From: a virus
Lineage: Duplodnaviria > Heunggongvirae > Uroviricota > Caudoviricetes
IMG/VR virus record: IMGVR_UViG_3300035494_000066
Length of the DNA stretch: 64,000 bases
Direction: 5' to 3' (one strand)
Shown: piece after piece, positions 1 to 8,151 of the stretch
Position numbering within the stretch: position 1 is the stretch's first letter
How the letters are laid out: each line of letters begins with the position of its first letter
Translations under genes and position numbers: made by a program
Notes under the pieces: model-generated
Database searches by the model: none
Told to the model about the DNA's origin: nothing
Seen by the model: only the letters and a program-made list of their open reading frames with translations

Positions 1-54
1 GCTTACTTTTAAGCCCGGATTGTTTGTACGGAACATTGCGACTTGTATGTTCAT
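1..54 (-). CDS. 5' part of a hypothetical protein running off the window edge (MNIQVAMFRTNNPGLKVS...)
   Basis: ATG at 54, preceded by AAGGTG just after the upstream stop; frame open to position 1. Confidence 0.45.
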   Translation of the reverse strand, partial: MNIQVAMFRTNNPGLKVS

Positions 55-63
55 AGCAACACC

Positions 64-234
64 TTATGATTCGTTATTCTCAGTCTTCCCTTCGTGCTTC
101 ATCTCGTCGTAATACTCTCGGAATGCCCATCGAGCATTCCAATCGTGGAACTGCGTAGCTGCATGCTTAGGCATGAACATCATAAGCGGGTGCACAAATA
201 CATTGTGTACGAAGTCTTTAAAGTATTGTTTCAT
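64..234 (-). CDS. small hypothetical phage protein, 56 aa (MKQYFKDFVHNVFVHPLMM...), missed by the ORF track
   Basis: Manually translated; ATG overlaps the stop of the upstream gene (TAATG at 232-236). Confidence 0.7.
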   Translation of the reverse strand: MKQYFKDFVHNVFVHPLMMFMPKHAATQFHDWNARWAFREYYDEMKHEGKTENNES

Positions 235-1214
235 TACTCTGTATCCTCGCTGAATTCACCCGAGTACACCTTGACGATAAAATCTTCCCAGAACGATTGG
301 TCAACTTTTTCCGGGTATTCCGATTTTGCAGCTAGTAGCTCAACTTCGTCGATTAGCATTTCTAGCGCAGGAGCAACAACTGTAGTGTAGTCTAGCTCAC
401 CACGTTTTACTTGCAGCAAGAAATCGGCTTTTTTCAACGGGTACTGCAAATCGCCAGTTTCGTAGATCTCTTTAAGCTGGTATCCTGCTCTCAGTGCGTG
501 ACTTGCAGCTTTGAAATCAACTCCTTCGTTATTTTTAGCTAGCTGCGCTCGGTGCCCGTATGCATCATACTTCTTTTGCATGCACTCGACTACGTAGCTA
601 ACATCACAAGACAGATCGTACTTTGATTCGCACACTTGGAGTACTTGCTTGTTAACAAACTTTTCTCCTTTGTAAAATCCGTCAAGCACAGACACATACT
701 CTGGGTATGTTTTCGACAATTTTCGCAAGCCGGTTTCCAATGAACCGAGCTTAAGCGACATGTGGTTGTCTGCTTTAAGATACAAGATTACCTTTTCCAT
801 CGCGTCTAAGCGGCTGCCCCGGATGCCGTATTTTGCAGCTTGCTTCTTGCAATACCCTAGGAACGCTTTCATGTTCCGAGTGTAGAATTTACTGCGATTC
901 TCGCGAATGAAAGCCCAGATTTCGCTAGATTCGAGCAGTCTAGAATCTAGAGCGTGGAGCATGTCGATTGCGATAGTCTCACCAGCACATGCCATTTTTA
1001 GAAACTTCTGCAGCGAGAACATAACGTTATCTACATCGTCTTTTGTGTTCTTGCTGTGTTCGTCGCCAGTTGAGCGTCGGATTTCGTGACACGGATTAAG
1101 CTGAACAATATCCGCTAGCGAAGGGAGAAACACACCTTTGTAATCTGTATCAGAGTTTTCAGTGTTCAAGCCATATAGATGCGAGCCGTGTACCATTTTA
1201 ACAATAGTTTGCAT
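234..1214 (-). CDS. predicted nucleotidyltransferase (Pol-beta superfamily, RlaP/DUF-type phage family)
   Basis: N-terminal HGSHLYGLNTENSDTDYKG = GS...DxD motif; start moved to ATG 1214, which has GGAG 6 nt upstream. Confidence 0.8.
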   Translation of the reverse strand: MQTIVKMVHGSHLYGLNTENSDTDYKGVFLPSLADIVQLNPCHEIRRSTGDEHSKNTKDDVDNVMFSLQKFLKMACAGETIAIDMLHALDSRLLESSEIWAFIRENRSKFYTRNMKAFLGYCKKQAAKYGIRGSRLDAMEKVILYLKADNHMSLKLGSLETGLRKLSKTYPEYVSVLDGFYKGEKFVNKQVLQVCESKYDLSCDVSYVVECMQKKYDAYGHRAQLAKNNEGVDFKAASHALRAGYQLKEIYETGDLQYPLKKADFLLQVKRGELDYTTVVAPALEMLIDEVELLAAKSEYPEKVDQSFWEDFIVKVYSGEFSEDTE

Positions 1215-1288
1215 GTGTTGCTCCACAATTAAAATTTTTTAAAAGAGTGCAGCACAGATGTTGGGTCTGTGCCTTGCTTAAGAATGTT

Positions 1289-1317
1289 ATTATGCACTCT
1301 GCAGCAGTCTGTGTCAA
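1289..1317 (-). promoter_or_regulatory. sigma70-type early promoter TTGACA-17-CATAAT
   Basis: Direct reading of the minus strand in an intergenic gap. Confidence 0.75.
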
Positions 1318-1353
1318 CAAAAGTAACGCCTATTTTACACAAAATATCTGTAA

Positions 1354-1659
1354 TTACAGAATGTCAAGTGCGGAGTTATAGTCGAAGACGTTTGAAATTA
1401 GCGGTTTGTTCATCACTACAATTTGTCCTTTGTCAACTAGCGCACTAAACATAACAAACGACGGTTTATTAGTAAACAGCTGTTTGTAGTCTTCGTGTAA
1501 CACAAGGATACTTCGCGCGGTTAACTTGTCTTTAATTGATTCGAAGTCGCTAGATGCCAGACATGCTTGCAAGATCGACGTTTTATACTCTAGTCGATCT
1601 TGCGCAAGCTTTGATGCTACGTTGTTGATTTGATCTACGATATCTGCAGAAGTTGTCAT
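1354..1659 (-). CDS. hypothetical protein
   Basis: 101-aa ORF, SD-like AGGAAGGT upstream, tiles with neighbours. Confidence 0.65.
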   Translation of the reverse strand: MTTSADIVDQINNVASKLAQDRLEYKTSILQACLASSDFESIKDKLTARSILVLHEDYKQLFTNKPSFVMFSALVDKGQIVVMNKPLISNVFDYNSALDIL

Positions 1660-1675
1660 TTACCTTCCTTTTAAG

Positions 1676-1885
1676 CTAAGCTATACCTAGTGCTAAACTT
1701 ATTACTTTTAGCATGATTACAGCAACAGTGCCTAGTAACCCGAGCAAACCAGCAGCAACAATCGGTCCAAATACAGCCGATACTATGCGAACTATAATGT
1801 GATCGCCTCTGGTAATACTGTAGAACCACGCGCCTGATGTGACCCAAAATACTACTACAAGCTGAGCAATTGTTTGCTCGCTCAT
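1676..1885 (-). CDS. small membrane protein
   Basis: Two hydrophobic stretches; ATGA overlap with the upstream gene. Confidence 0.65.
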   Translation of the reverse strand: MSEQTIAQLVVVFWVTSGAWFYSITRGDHIIVRIVSAVFGPIVAAGLLGLLGTVAVIMLKVISLALGIA

Positions 1886-2472
1886 TGTTTATTACCTGTA
1901 AACAGTTGTGCCATAGCTTCGATCCGATCTGCTAGCTCGTCTTTCCACTGCGGCGTCCAGCACGTATAGACTTTGTAGTGAGAATCTGCAAACGCAACGC
2001 CGTGGCGAGCTGCATCGTGTACGTAGCATTTTTTAAGATGCTCAGACTCAAATGCATCATACATCTGCGTAAATTCTTCTGGGGTAATATCTAATACGTT
2101 GACTTCATACGTTGTTCCGTGCTGAGCGGCCATCATTCGCTCAGTGTCAGTTAGGCACCGATCGGTGAAATTGTCGTCAAACCTCCATGCAAACACAATA
2201 CGAGGCTCGCCGTTAACACTAACAAACTCCATATCGCCGTCGTCGTACAGCGCATGGTGGAGTTCATTAATTAACGACTCAAACCCTACTGCAGACGAAA
2301 GGAGTCCTGCACGGCCCGGAACATACGCATACGGGTTAGAAGTTGTTTCTAGCATCCACTTAACAAGTGCAACCATACTGAAGTCATACGAGTCTGGGGA
2401 TATCGACAATGTGTCGCGGATGTGCTGCATTGTAGCATCATGGGTCTTATTGAATTCGTCGAGTTTCTTCAT
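1882..2472 (-). CDS. hypothetical protein
   Basis: ~196-aa ORF; ATG coupled to the stop of a short upstream ORF (TGATG). Confidence 0.7.
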   Translation of the reverse strand: MKKLDEFNKTHDATMQHIRDTLSISPDSYDFSMVALVKWMLETTSNPYAYVPGRAGLLSSAVGFESLINELHHALYDDGDMEFVSVNGEPRIVFAWRFDDNFTDRCLTDTERMMAAQHGTTYEVNVLDITPEEFTQMYDAFESEHLKKCYVHDAARHGVAFADSHYKVYTCWTPQWKDELADRIEAMAQLFTGNKQ

Positions 2473-2534
2473 CACAGTCGACCTGACATCGAACCAGTCT
2501 TAGTAATAATGTATTTCTTAGCCTGCTTTGCCAT
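2472..2534 (-). CDS. 20-aa ORF MAKQAKKYIITKTGSMSGRL (leader peptide or gene remnant)
   Basis: SD AGAGGA upstream, first ORF after an early promoter, TGATG coupling to the next gene. Confidence 0.5.
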   Translation of the reverse strand: MAKQAKKYIITKTGSMSGRL

Positions 2535-2568
2535 GATCACTTCCTCTGTTTGCTTACCTTATGTATGT

Positions 2569-2598
2569 ATTGTATAGTCGCTTACATGCCAGTGTCAA
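2569..2598 (-). promoter_or_regulatory. sigma70-type early promoter TTGACA-18-TACAAT
   Basis: Direct reading. Confidence 0.65.
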
Positions 2599-2601
2599 CA
2601 G

Positions 2602-2856
2602 TTATTTTGAAATGATTTTATTGATGTTGTGTGGGTAAACCCAAAAGCAAAAGTTACCGGCGATGTTTACTGCACGGTATCGGAAGTCACCTTCTTTGCG
2701 AGTACGCAATGTCTTGTCAAGGAAGTATGTAACATTAGATCCGTCTACAGTACGAATAGCACCAACACCGTCGTACTCAGTATAACGAAAAATAACACCA
2801 TTGATTAGATAGTTCTTATTGTGGCTAAAATCGCTTTCGAGTACTACATGACGCAT
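2602..2856 (-). CDS. hypothetical protein
   Basis: 84 aa, SD GAGGA, own promoter. Confidence 0.7.
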   Translation of the reverse strand: MRHVVLESDFSHNKNYLINGVIFRYTEYDGVGAIRTVDGSNVTYFLDKTLRTRKEGDFRYRAVNIAGNFCFWVYPHNINKIISK

Positions 2857-2889
2857 CGTGTTATCCTCATTGCTTTACGTTATGAATGT

Positions 2890-2918
2890 AGTATAAGGTC
2901 GCAAGTAGCCCGTGTCAA
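2890..2918 (-). promoter_or_regulatory. sigma70-type early promoter TTGACA-17-TATACT
   Basis: Direct reading. Confidence 0.8.
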
Positions 2919-2938
2919 CACCTGCATGCAGAATTTGC

Positions 2939-3172
2939 TTAAACAGTGCAAACTACTCGATTGCTATGAAATGTTACAGAGTGGCAGAAATCAACAAGAC
3001 GCGATAGCTGATCGATATCTATGCCTACGCCAACGCCGCTGTTCGTGAACCAGAACTCGTCGTACGACTTACGTTGGACGAAGTGCTCAGTGCCTATCTC
3101 GCTGAACAGATTAACAAAAAAATCAACTGTCAGACTGTCAACTAGATCTTCGATAACAAGTTCAACGTTCAT
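2939..3172 (-). CDS. hypothetical protein (start likely MNVELV)
   Basis: ATG at 3172 with GGAG 8 nt upstream. Confidence 0.65.
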   Translation of the reverse strand: MNVELVIEDLVDSLTVDFFVNLFSEIGTEHFVQRKSYDEFWFTNSGVGVGIDIDQLSRLVDFCHSVTFHSNRVVCTV

Positions 3173-3201
3173 AAAAATTACTCCGTAATCACTAAACACA
3201 A

Positions 3202-3231
3202 ATTATACAAACAAATACACCAGCATGTCGA
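3202..3231 (-). promoter_or_regulatory. sigma70-type early promoter TCGACA-18-TATAAT
   Basis: Direct reading. Confidence 0.6.
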
Positions 3232-3234
3232 CAA

Positions 3235-3525
3235 CTATTCGCTAGATTCAGGCTTAATAAATGCAGACATAACTTTCCTTATTACAGAAGGTCTAGTGAC
3301 GTTTGTGCGCCTGCCTGCTTTAGTGTGCACAAACGTCACTGTAGCAATGATAGCCATCGACAAATAAAACAACGGATATACTAACACCACAATGGTTTTG
3401 GTTAGCCATGTTACCCTGTCGTAGTTGTCAATCAACCATGGTGCTAGTACTACAGTTAGCATTAGCTGTAAAAGTGCATACCCCAAGAGGCCCGGGCCGT
3501 ATATGCTAAAAAAGTCAATCATCAT
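3235..3525 (-). CDS. small membrane protein
   Basis: Two predicted TM segments; overlaps the upstream stop. Confidence 0.65.
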   Translation of the reverse strand: MMIDFFSIYGPGLLGYALLQLMLTVVLAPWLIDNYDRVTWLTKTIVVLVYPLFYLSMAIIATVTFVHTKAGRRTNVTRPSVIRKVMSAFIKPESSE

Positions 3526-3937
3526 CGGCCTGCTGCACTAGTTTCCGATACATTAGTTCAAACATCAGACAAACATAAATTTGTGTCATGATATTCGGTA
3601 CATCTTCTAAGATAGCCTCGATGTGCTCTGTCTCGAGATCCATGATCTTCTTGTATTCGATCGGCTGATCGCCGAATTTGCCTCGAGTACCCCATTTCAG
3701 ATACTGTCGTGCAACCATATGATCACTTGTCCAAACAGACCGCTGCTTTAATACAGCACCCGCAACTCGCTGATACGAGAGGCCGCCGTCGACCATATAG
3801 AAGTTACCATCTACTGCGTCAGTGTGAGTTGCGCAATGATGACGATGCGTTGATTCTAGTACAGTACCGTCAGGAGTTTCAATCGCATTGCGAACAAGAA
3901 ATTCAGCCGGGTAAACAAACTTGTAGTCATTAGTCAT
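3515..3937 (-). CDS. conserved phage hypothetical protein (NAI.TPDG..LES.HRH...VDGG..Y type)
   Basis: Motif pattern typical of a recurrent phage protein family; ATGA overlap. Confidence 0.7.
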   Translation of the reverse strand: MTNDYKFVYPAEFLVRNAIETPDGTVLESTHRHHCATHTDAVDGNFYMVDGGLSYQRVAGAVLKQRSVWTSDHMVARQYLKWGTRGKFGDQPIEYKKIMDLETEHIEAILEDVPNIMTQIYVCLMFELMYRKLVQQADDD

Positions 3938-4245
3938 GAACTTAGTTTCCTGTATGTTTCAAGTTGGCTTTTAGCTTCTGCATATTCTGAGTTGCGAGCA
4001 ACAATATGCTTATCGGTTGTGTTATAGCTTAGCGAAGCATCGCCTTTGCTGTCGTACTTTAGAAAAATTTCATCACCTTCTTCGAATCGCCGCAGAATTC
4101 GCTTAAGTGATCCCTGGGTTTCTGCTATAACCCGGCGGCCGAAAAAATCTTCGTGCGTGTTATAGTAATCTTTGATTTCAGTTAGCAGCTGGATTTCGTC
4201 ACGCAAACAGCTCGCAAAGTAATCAACAAGTTTCTCACTCATCAT
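3934..4245 (-). CDS. hypothetical protein (start likely MMSEKL, not the ORF-track start)
   Basis: GGAG before ATGATG at 4245/4242; overlaps the upstream stop. Confidence 0.65.
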   Translation of the reverse strand: MMSEKLVDYFASCLRDEIQLLTEIKDYYNTHEDFFGRRVIAETQGSLKRILRRFEEGDEIFLKYDSKGDASLSYNTTDKHIVARNSEYAEAKSQLETYRKLSS

Positions 4246-4423
4246 CAACTCCGTCGATTTGTGCCGACAGCTTCTGAAAGATACTAACTGCTGCAGCACG
4301 GGTTTCTTTGTCAAACATTTTACTATTAATGTCATCAGATTGCAACTCAGTTGCATAGAGAAGAATTGCTTCTACTTCAGATCGACTTAGTTTAATTGTA
4401 GCTTCTTGGCGATGCGCTAGCAT
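4235..4423 (-). CDS. hypothetical protein
   Basis: AAGGAG 5 nt before ATG 4423. Confidence 0.65.
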   Translation of the reverse strand: MLAHRQEATIKLSRSEVEAILLYATELQSDDINSKMFDKETRAAAVSIFQKLSAQIDGVDDE

Positions 4424-4437
4424 AGCGGCTCCTTTAA

Positions 4438-4836
4438 TTAACTGCATACACAGTCAGCAGTCCAAAATACGTTCTTAATTCCATAGTGTTCGATAGCTCT
4501 TACACAGCCCGGACAAGGTTTTGCTAAGCCTGTAATCCACTTCTTCGAGCTCTTGTCCGGACGTTTCACGCGAACAACATACAAGTCAGACTTAGACAGT
4601 TGCTTAGACGTTAGTACACGACTAGCTCGAGTTAGTGCGTCAACTTCAGCATGCAAGTGCAATGCTTCGTCGTTTTTACCGAATTTCATCATGATCGGGT
4701 GTGTCTTGTACGAGTTAACACCAATTGATACAATTCGGTTTTTGTAAACTACTGCAGCAGCAAGCTTATACCGGTTTCTAATCCCGGGATTGTTTACTGC
4801 TATCTCTTGCAACTGTTCAAGTATCTTCTCTTTCAT
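4438..4836 (-). CDS. cytidine/deoxycytidylate deaminase-family protein
   Basis: Zn-binding HAE...PCPGC motifs. Confidence 0.85.
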   Translation of the reverse strand: MKEKILEQLQEIAVNNPGIRNRYKLAAAVVYKNRIVSIGVNSYKTHPIMMKFGKNDEALHLHAEVDALTRASRVLTSKQLSKSDLYVVRVKRPDKSSKKWITGLAKPCPGCVRAIEHYGIKNVFWTADCVCS

Positions 4837-4853
4837 GGTTGTATAATAGCAAA

Positions 4854-5606
4854 CTACGCAAACAACTGCAAGAATTCTTCGACAGAAATTTTCGGCTCAA
4901 AGCCTAACGTCTTCAAGTGAGCAATGTTAGCTTTTGTGTGCTTTCGCTCGTTCTCGTCGAGCTGAACTAGCGGGATACTGTTAGGGTTTGCAGAATACAA
5001 GCGAACAAGATGATCTATCCGGACGCTCTGGCCGGTGCCTACATCAAATACTGCAGCAGCAAACTGATTCTCAATGATGCAGTCAAGTGCATGCAATACG
5101 TCGTTGATGTGGATGAAGTCTCTATAGGCTGTTGTTTTAAACTCTAAAGTCCCAGACAGCAGCTTGTCAAAAAACATCCCCTTTCTCGGTGCACTGCTGT
5201 ACACTGTATGTAACCTGAGACCGATGCCAAATGTTAGGTATCGATTTGCTAAATCCTCAACAGCGTACTTTGATGCTGCATATATGTTTCTACTGTGCTC
5301 ATACACTGAAGAACTGCTTGCATAGATAACACGAGTGTTAGCATAGTGCATAAACAATCGCCTGCTAGCAATAACATTGTTGCTCCAAAAATCTGCTGCC
5401 AAAGATAAGTCTGCGCTATCTCGCAGTCCAGACTTACCAGCTAAATGCACAACAAGATCAACTTCGTTAGCCGGCGGCAAGTCGCAGTATCGAATGTCGT
5501 TGCCATCAACAACATCTAAACCAACAACGTCATGCCCTTGCTTTTCTAAGTGTGCAACTAGTGCACGTCCAATGAACCCTTTATGCCCTGTGACTAAAAT
5601 TCTCAT
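4854..5606 (-). CDS. NAD-dependent epimerase/dehydratase (extended SDR)
   Basis: TGHKGFIG Rossmann motif, ASSSSVY, YAASK catalytic YxxxK. Confidence 0.9.
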   Translation of the reverse strand: MRILVTGHKGFIGRALVAHLEKQGHDVVGLDVVDGNDIRYCDLPPANEVDLVVHLAGKSGLRDSADLSLAADFWSNNVIASRRLFMHYANTRVIYASSSSVYEHSRNIYAASKYAVEDLANRYLTFGIGLRLHTVYSSAPRKGMFFDKLLSGTLEFKTTAYRDFIHINDVLHALDCIIENQFAAAVFDVGTGQSVRIDHLVRLYSANPNSIPLVQLDENERKHTKANIAHLKTLGFEPKISVEEFLQLFA

Positions 5607-6426
5607 TAAAATTAATAACCTTAAATTCTTTTATTGCAGTTCCTGCCCGGAACACTTGCAAATAATTTTTATTATTATACGCGCATTGCCGTATTTTAGC
5701 AACTCCGGAAATTTCAACTGTTTGTCTAGGCGTTAGCTGAGAAGTAATCATTGACGCAAACGGTAACGTTGAATCAACGCACAACATTAACACTGTACTA
5801 TCGGCTGCATTTTTGCACCAAAACGATGTGTAAGACGAATCCTTCGACGACCGAGTGCTCTGCTGGATTATGTTATAAGTTCCTGAAAAGTCAGTGATGT
5901 GCTCGATGTACTCATCTGCAAAGCAAATAGACTCCGAACTTGCAAGGACAGAATCAGTAATTACATCCTCTTCATAAAAATCAAACAGCTTAGCAAGCGC
6001 TGGGAGTTGCCGGAACGTAACTCCGTTCTTCCAGTTAGTTAATGCTTTGCTAACATCGCGCCTGTAGTCAGTGAGTGGAACAGACATAAACGATAGATGA
6101 GAGAACTTAGCTACAAAATAACTACTAACTTCTTCAGCATGTGCAATTGCACTAGCAGTAGGGCACAATTTAGACGATTTCGTAATTACAGTGCGATGCG
6201 ACTTAGATCTAACGTATTCCTTTTGAAAAAAGTTTTTAGCAGTGTACGACGATAGCTCGGTTGCAATTTCGTGCAACTTGAGACCAGCTTGCAGGCCTGC
6301 TGCAATTAAATGCATCGGATTAATCGCAGTGCTAAGATTATCCTCAATTACGTATATGTATGTCTCCTCCGGCGCAACATGTACTGAGCTTGCTTCTTCT
6401 AAAAATATACCATGTGTACTGTTCAT
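5581..6426 (-). CDS. hypothetical protein
   Basis: 281-aa ORF overlapping both neighbours. Confidence 0.7.
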   Translation of the reverse strand: MNSTHGIFLEEASSVHVAPEETYIYVIEDNLSTAINPMHLIAAGLQAGLKLHEIATELSSYTAKNFFQKEYVRSKSHRTVITKSSKLCPTASAIAHAEEVSSYFVAKFSHLSFMSVPLTDYRRDVSKALTNWKNGVTFRQLPALAKLFDFYEEDVITDSVLASSESICFADEYIEHITDFSGTYNIIQQSTRSSKDSSYTSFWCKNAADSTVLMLCVDSTLPFASMITSQLTPRQTVEISGVAKIRQCAYNNKNYLQVFRAGTAIKEFKVINFNENFSHRA

Positions 6427-7499
6427 GAAATTCCACCAATTGTCGGGTTGATCTGATTAGTAACTGCTAGCACATTTTTACAACTATGCAACTCTAAACT
6501 AGCAAGATTTTTTAATTTAGCTTCGCACATAATGTCAAACTGCGGACTAAAGGTTAACACGTGGCTGTTAACTACATCGTTTGGGTACCTATCACTGTGT
6601 GCCCGAAGCTTTTGGCGTTTAATACCTACATCTAGAAGGAACTGTAAATCAGGCATTGTAGTGTGATCAAACGTCTCTGGAAAATGCTCGCTGCGGCTAT
6701 ACGAATAGTGCATAGTCGGTCGGACTCCGCGCCACGACTCAATTACACGTTTAATTCTATCGTCGGCTGCCGAAAGGTATCTACCTTCGTTGATCCATGC
6801 ATGGTGTATGTCAAATACAACAGGACACACGTCTGCAAGTTCAAGACAGCTATCAAGTCCCCATTTGCATTCCTCGTTTTCAACTGTAATGCAGTTTCGG
6901 GCTTCGGTTGATAACTGCGGAAGAACAGCCCGGAATCCTGCAGGACCGGCCTTTCCTGATATGTGTACGTTGATTTTGAAATCTTGAAATTCTTTACCGA
7001 ATCCCATATATCTAGCCATGTCCGCATGATACTCGAATTCCGCAATGCTATTTTTTACTATAGCTGGATCGTGTGATGCCAGTACAGTAAATTGCCCAGG
7101 GTGCATAGACAGTCGAACGTCCCCTTGGCGTGCTAAATCTCCAACTTTAGAAAAGTGAGTTTCGCAATAGGCCTGAACATCAGTTTGTTGCCAGAACCAT
7201 TTCCAATTAGCATGTGTGTACAAAGGTAAACAGTCAGACCCTAGTCTAACCATCCGCTGTTCGGGCGGTAGTTTTCTAACATAGTCAACTAGCTTGTAAA
7301 ACGACTGTATATTGTGCTGCATGATTGACCACAAACGATCAGCAGCAACGTCGCGAGTTTGACCGCCGAGCCACCGAGCTGTTGTCGTTTTAGTATTAAG
7401 TGGTCTTTGTACTTCCTCTAACAGCGACTTTTTTAGTGATTGATTAGGGTGTAAGTACTTACAAGCAAATCCGATTCTCTGTACTGTTTGGTCAAACAT
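6423..7499 (-). CDS. uvsE: UV damage endonuclease (UvsE/UVDE, TIM barrel)
   Basis: RIGFAC, RLGSD, RLSMHPGQFTVLAS, ENEE, VFDIHH, HYS, RAHSD, DIMCEAKLKN motifs. Confidence 0.92.
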   Translation of the reverse strand: MFDQTVQRIGFACKYLHPNQSLKKSLLEEVQRPLNTKTTTARWLGGQTRDVAADRLWSIMQHNIQSFYKLVDYVRKLPPEQRMVRLGSDCLPLYTHANWKWFWQQTDVQAYCETHFSKVGDLARQGDVRLSMHPGQFTVLASHDPAIVKNSIAEFEYHADMARYMGFGKEFQDFKINVHISGKAGPAGFRAVLPQLSTEARNCITVENEECKWGLDSCLELADVCPVVFDIHHAWINEGRYLSAADDRIKRVIESWRGVRPTMHYSYSRSEHFPETFDHTTMPDLQFLLDVGIKRQKLRAHSDRYPNDVVNSHVLTFSPQFDIMCEAKLKNLASLELHSCKNVLAVTNQINPTIGGIS

Positions 7500-7535
7500 G
7501 TGCTACCTTAATCGCTAGGTTACTAACTTTTAAGT

Positions 7536-7564
7536 ATGATAGCAACAATCTACTAAACTGTCAA
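7536..7564 (-). promoter_or_regulatory. sigma70-type promoter TTGACA-17-TATCAT for uvsE
   Basis: Direct reading. Confidence 0.7.
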
Positions 7565-8151
7565 GTCAGCTTGTTATCAGCAACAAATTGTGACAAGACA
7601 TCAAAGTCATCAACTGTCCAGTTATCGTAAATTTCCCAGTCTGCAGGAGGAGCCCATGATCTTGAATTTATAAATGCAAACGTAACATTCGGATACATTT
7701 GAAATATTTTTTCAAATTCGCTAGCTCGGCTGTCTGCAGCTGCAGGATGGTCAAGTCCCGGGATCGCTAACTTATAATTGACTGGTGCAAATGTTTGTTC
7801 GATGTCATACCCTACACAAACAACCATAGACGCTTTGTATTCGCATGCTGTTACAACTGCAGCAAGATCGCTCTCAAACGATTGCGCAGCAGCAGGAAGC
7901 TCGTTGACACCCTGTGCATAGTCTAAGTACCGGACGTTGTCTGCTGTTGTATAAAAATTACTTTTAGTATGATAATTACTATGAACAATTGCTGCTGCTA
8001 TACGTTTTCGAGTCGTGACCAAGTTATCAACATGAGTTTCTTTATAGATATAGTCAGACGCATACAGTGGTCCGACTTCTCGTAACTCTTGCAAATTAAC
8101 ACCGTTACGACTTGTACCGTTACCTATTGCAAAACTTATCTTCACGGCCAA
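7561..8151 (-). CDS. hypothetical protein with GNGxSR N-terminal motif (Maf/MptE-like or glycosyltransferase-like fold)
   Basis: FAIGNGTSR...LY...VDNLV pattern; lies in the glycan-gene neighbourhood. Confidence 0.5.
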   Translation of the reverse strand: MAVKISFAIGNGTSRNGVNLQELREVGPLYASDYIYKETHVDNLVTTRKRIAAAIVHSNYHTKSNFYTTADNVRYLDYAQGVNELPAAAQSFESDLAAVVTACEYKASMVVCVGYDIEQTFAPVNYKLAIPGLDHPAAADSRASEFEKIFQMYPNVTFAFINSRSWAPPADWEIYDNWTVDDFDVLSQFVADNKLT

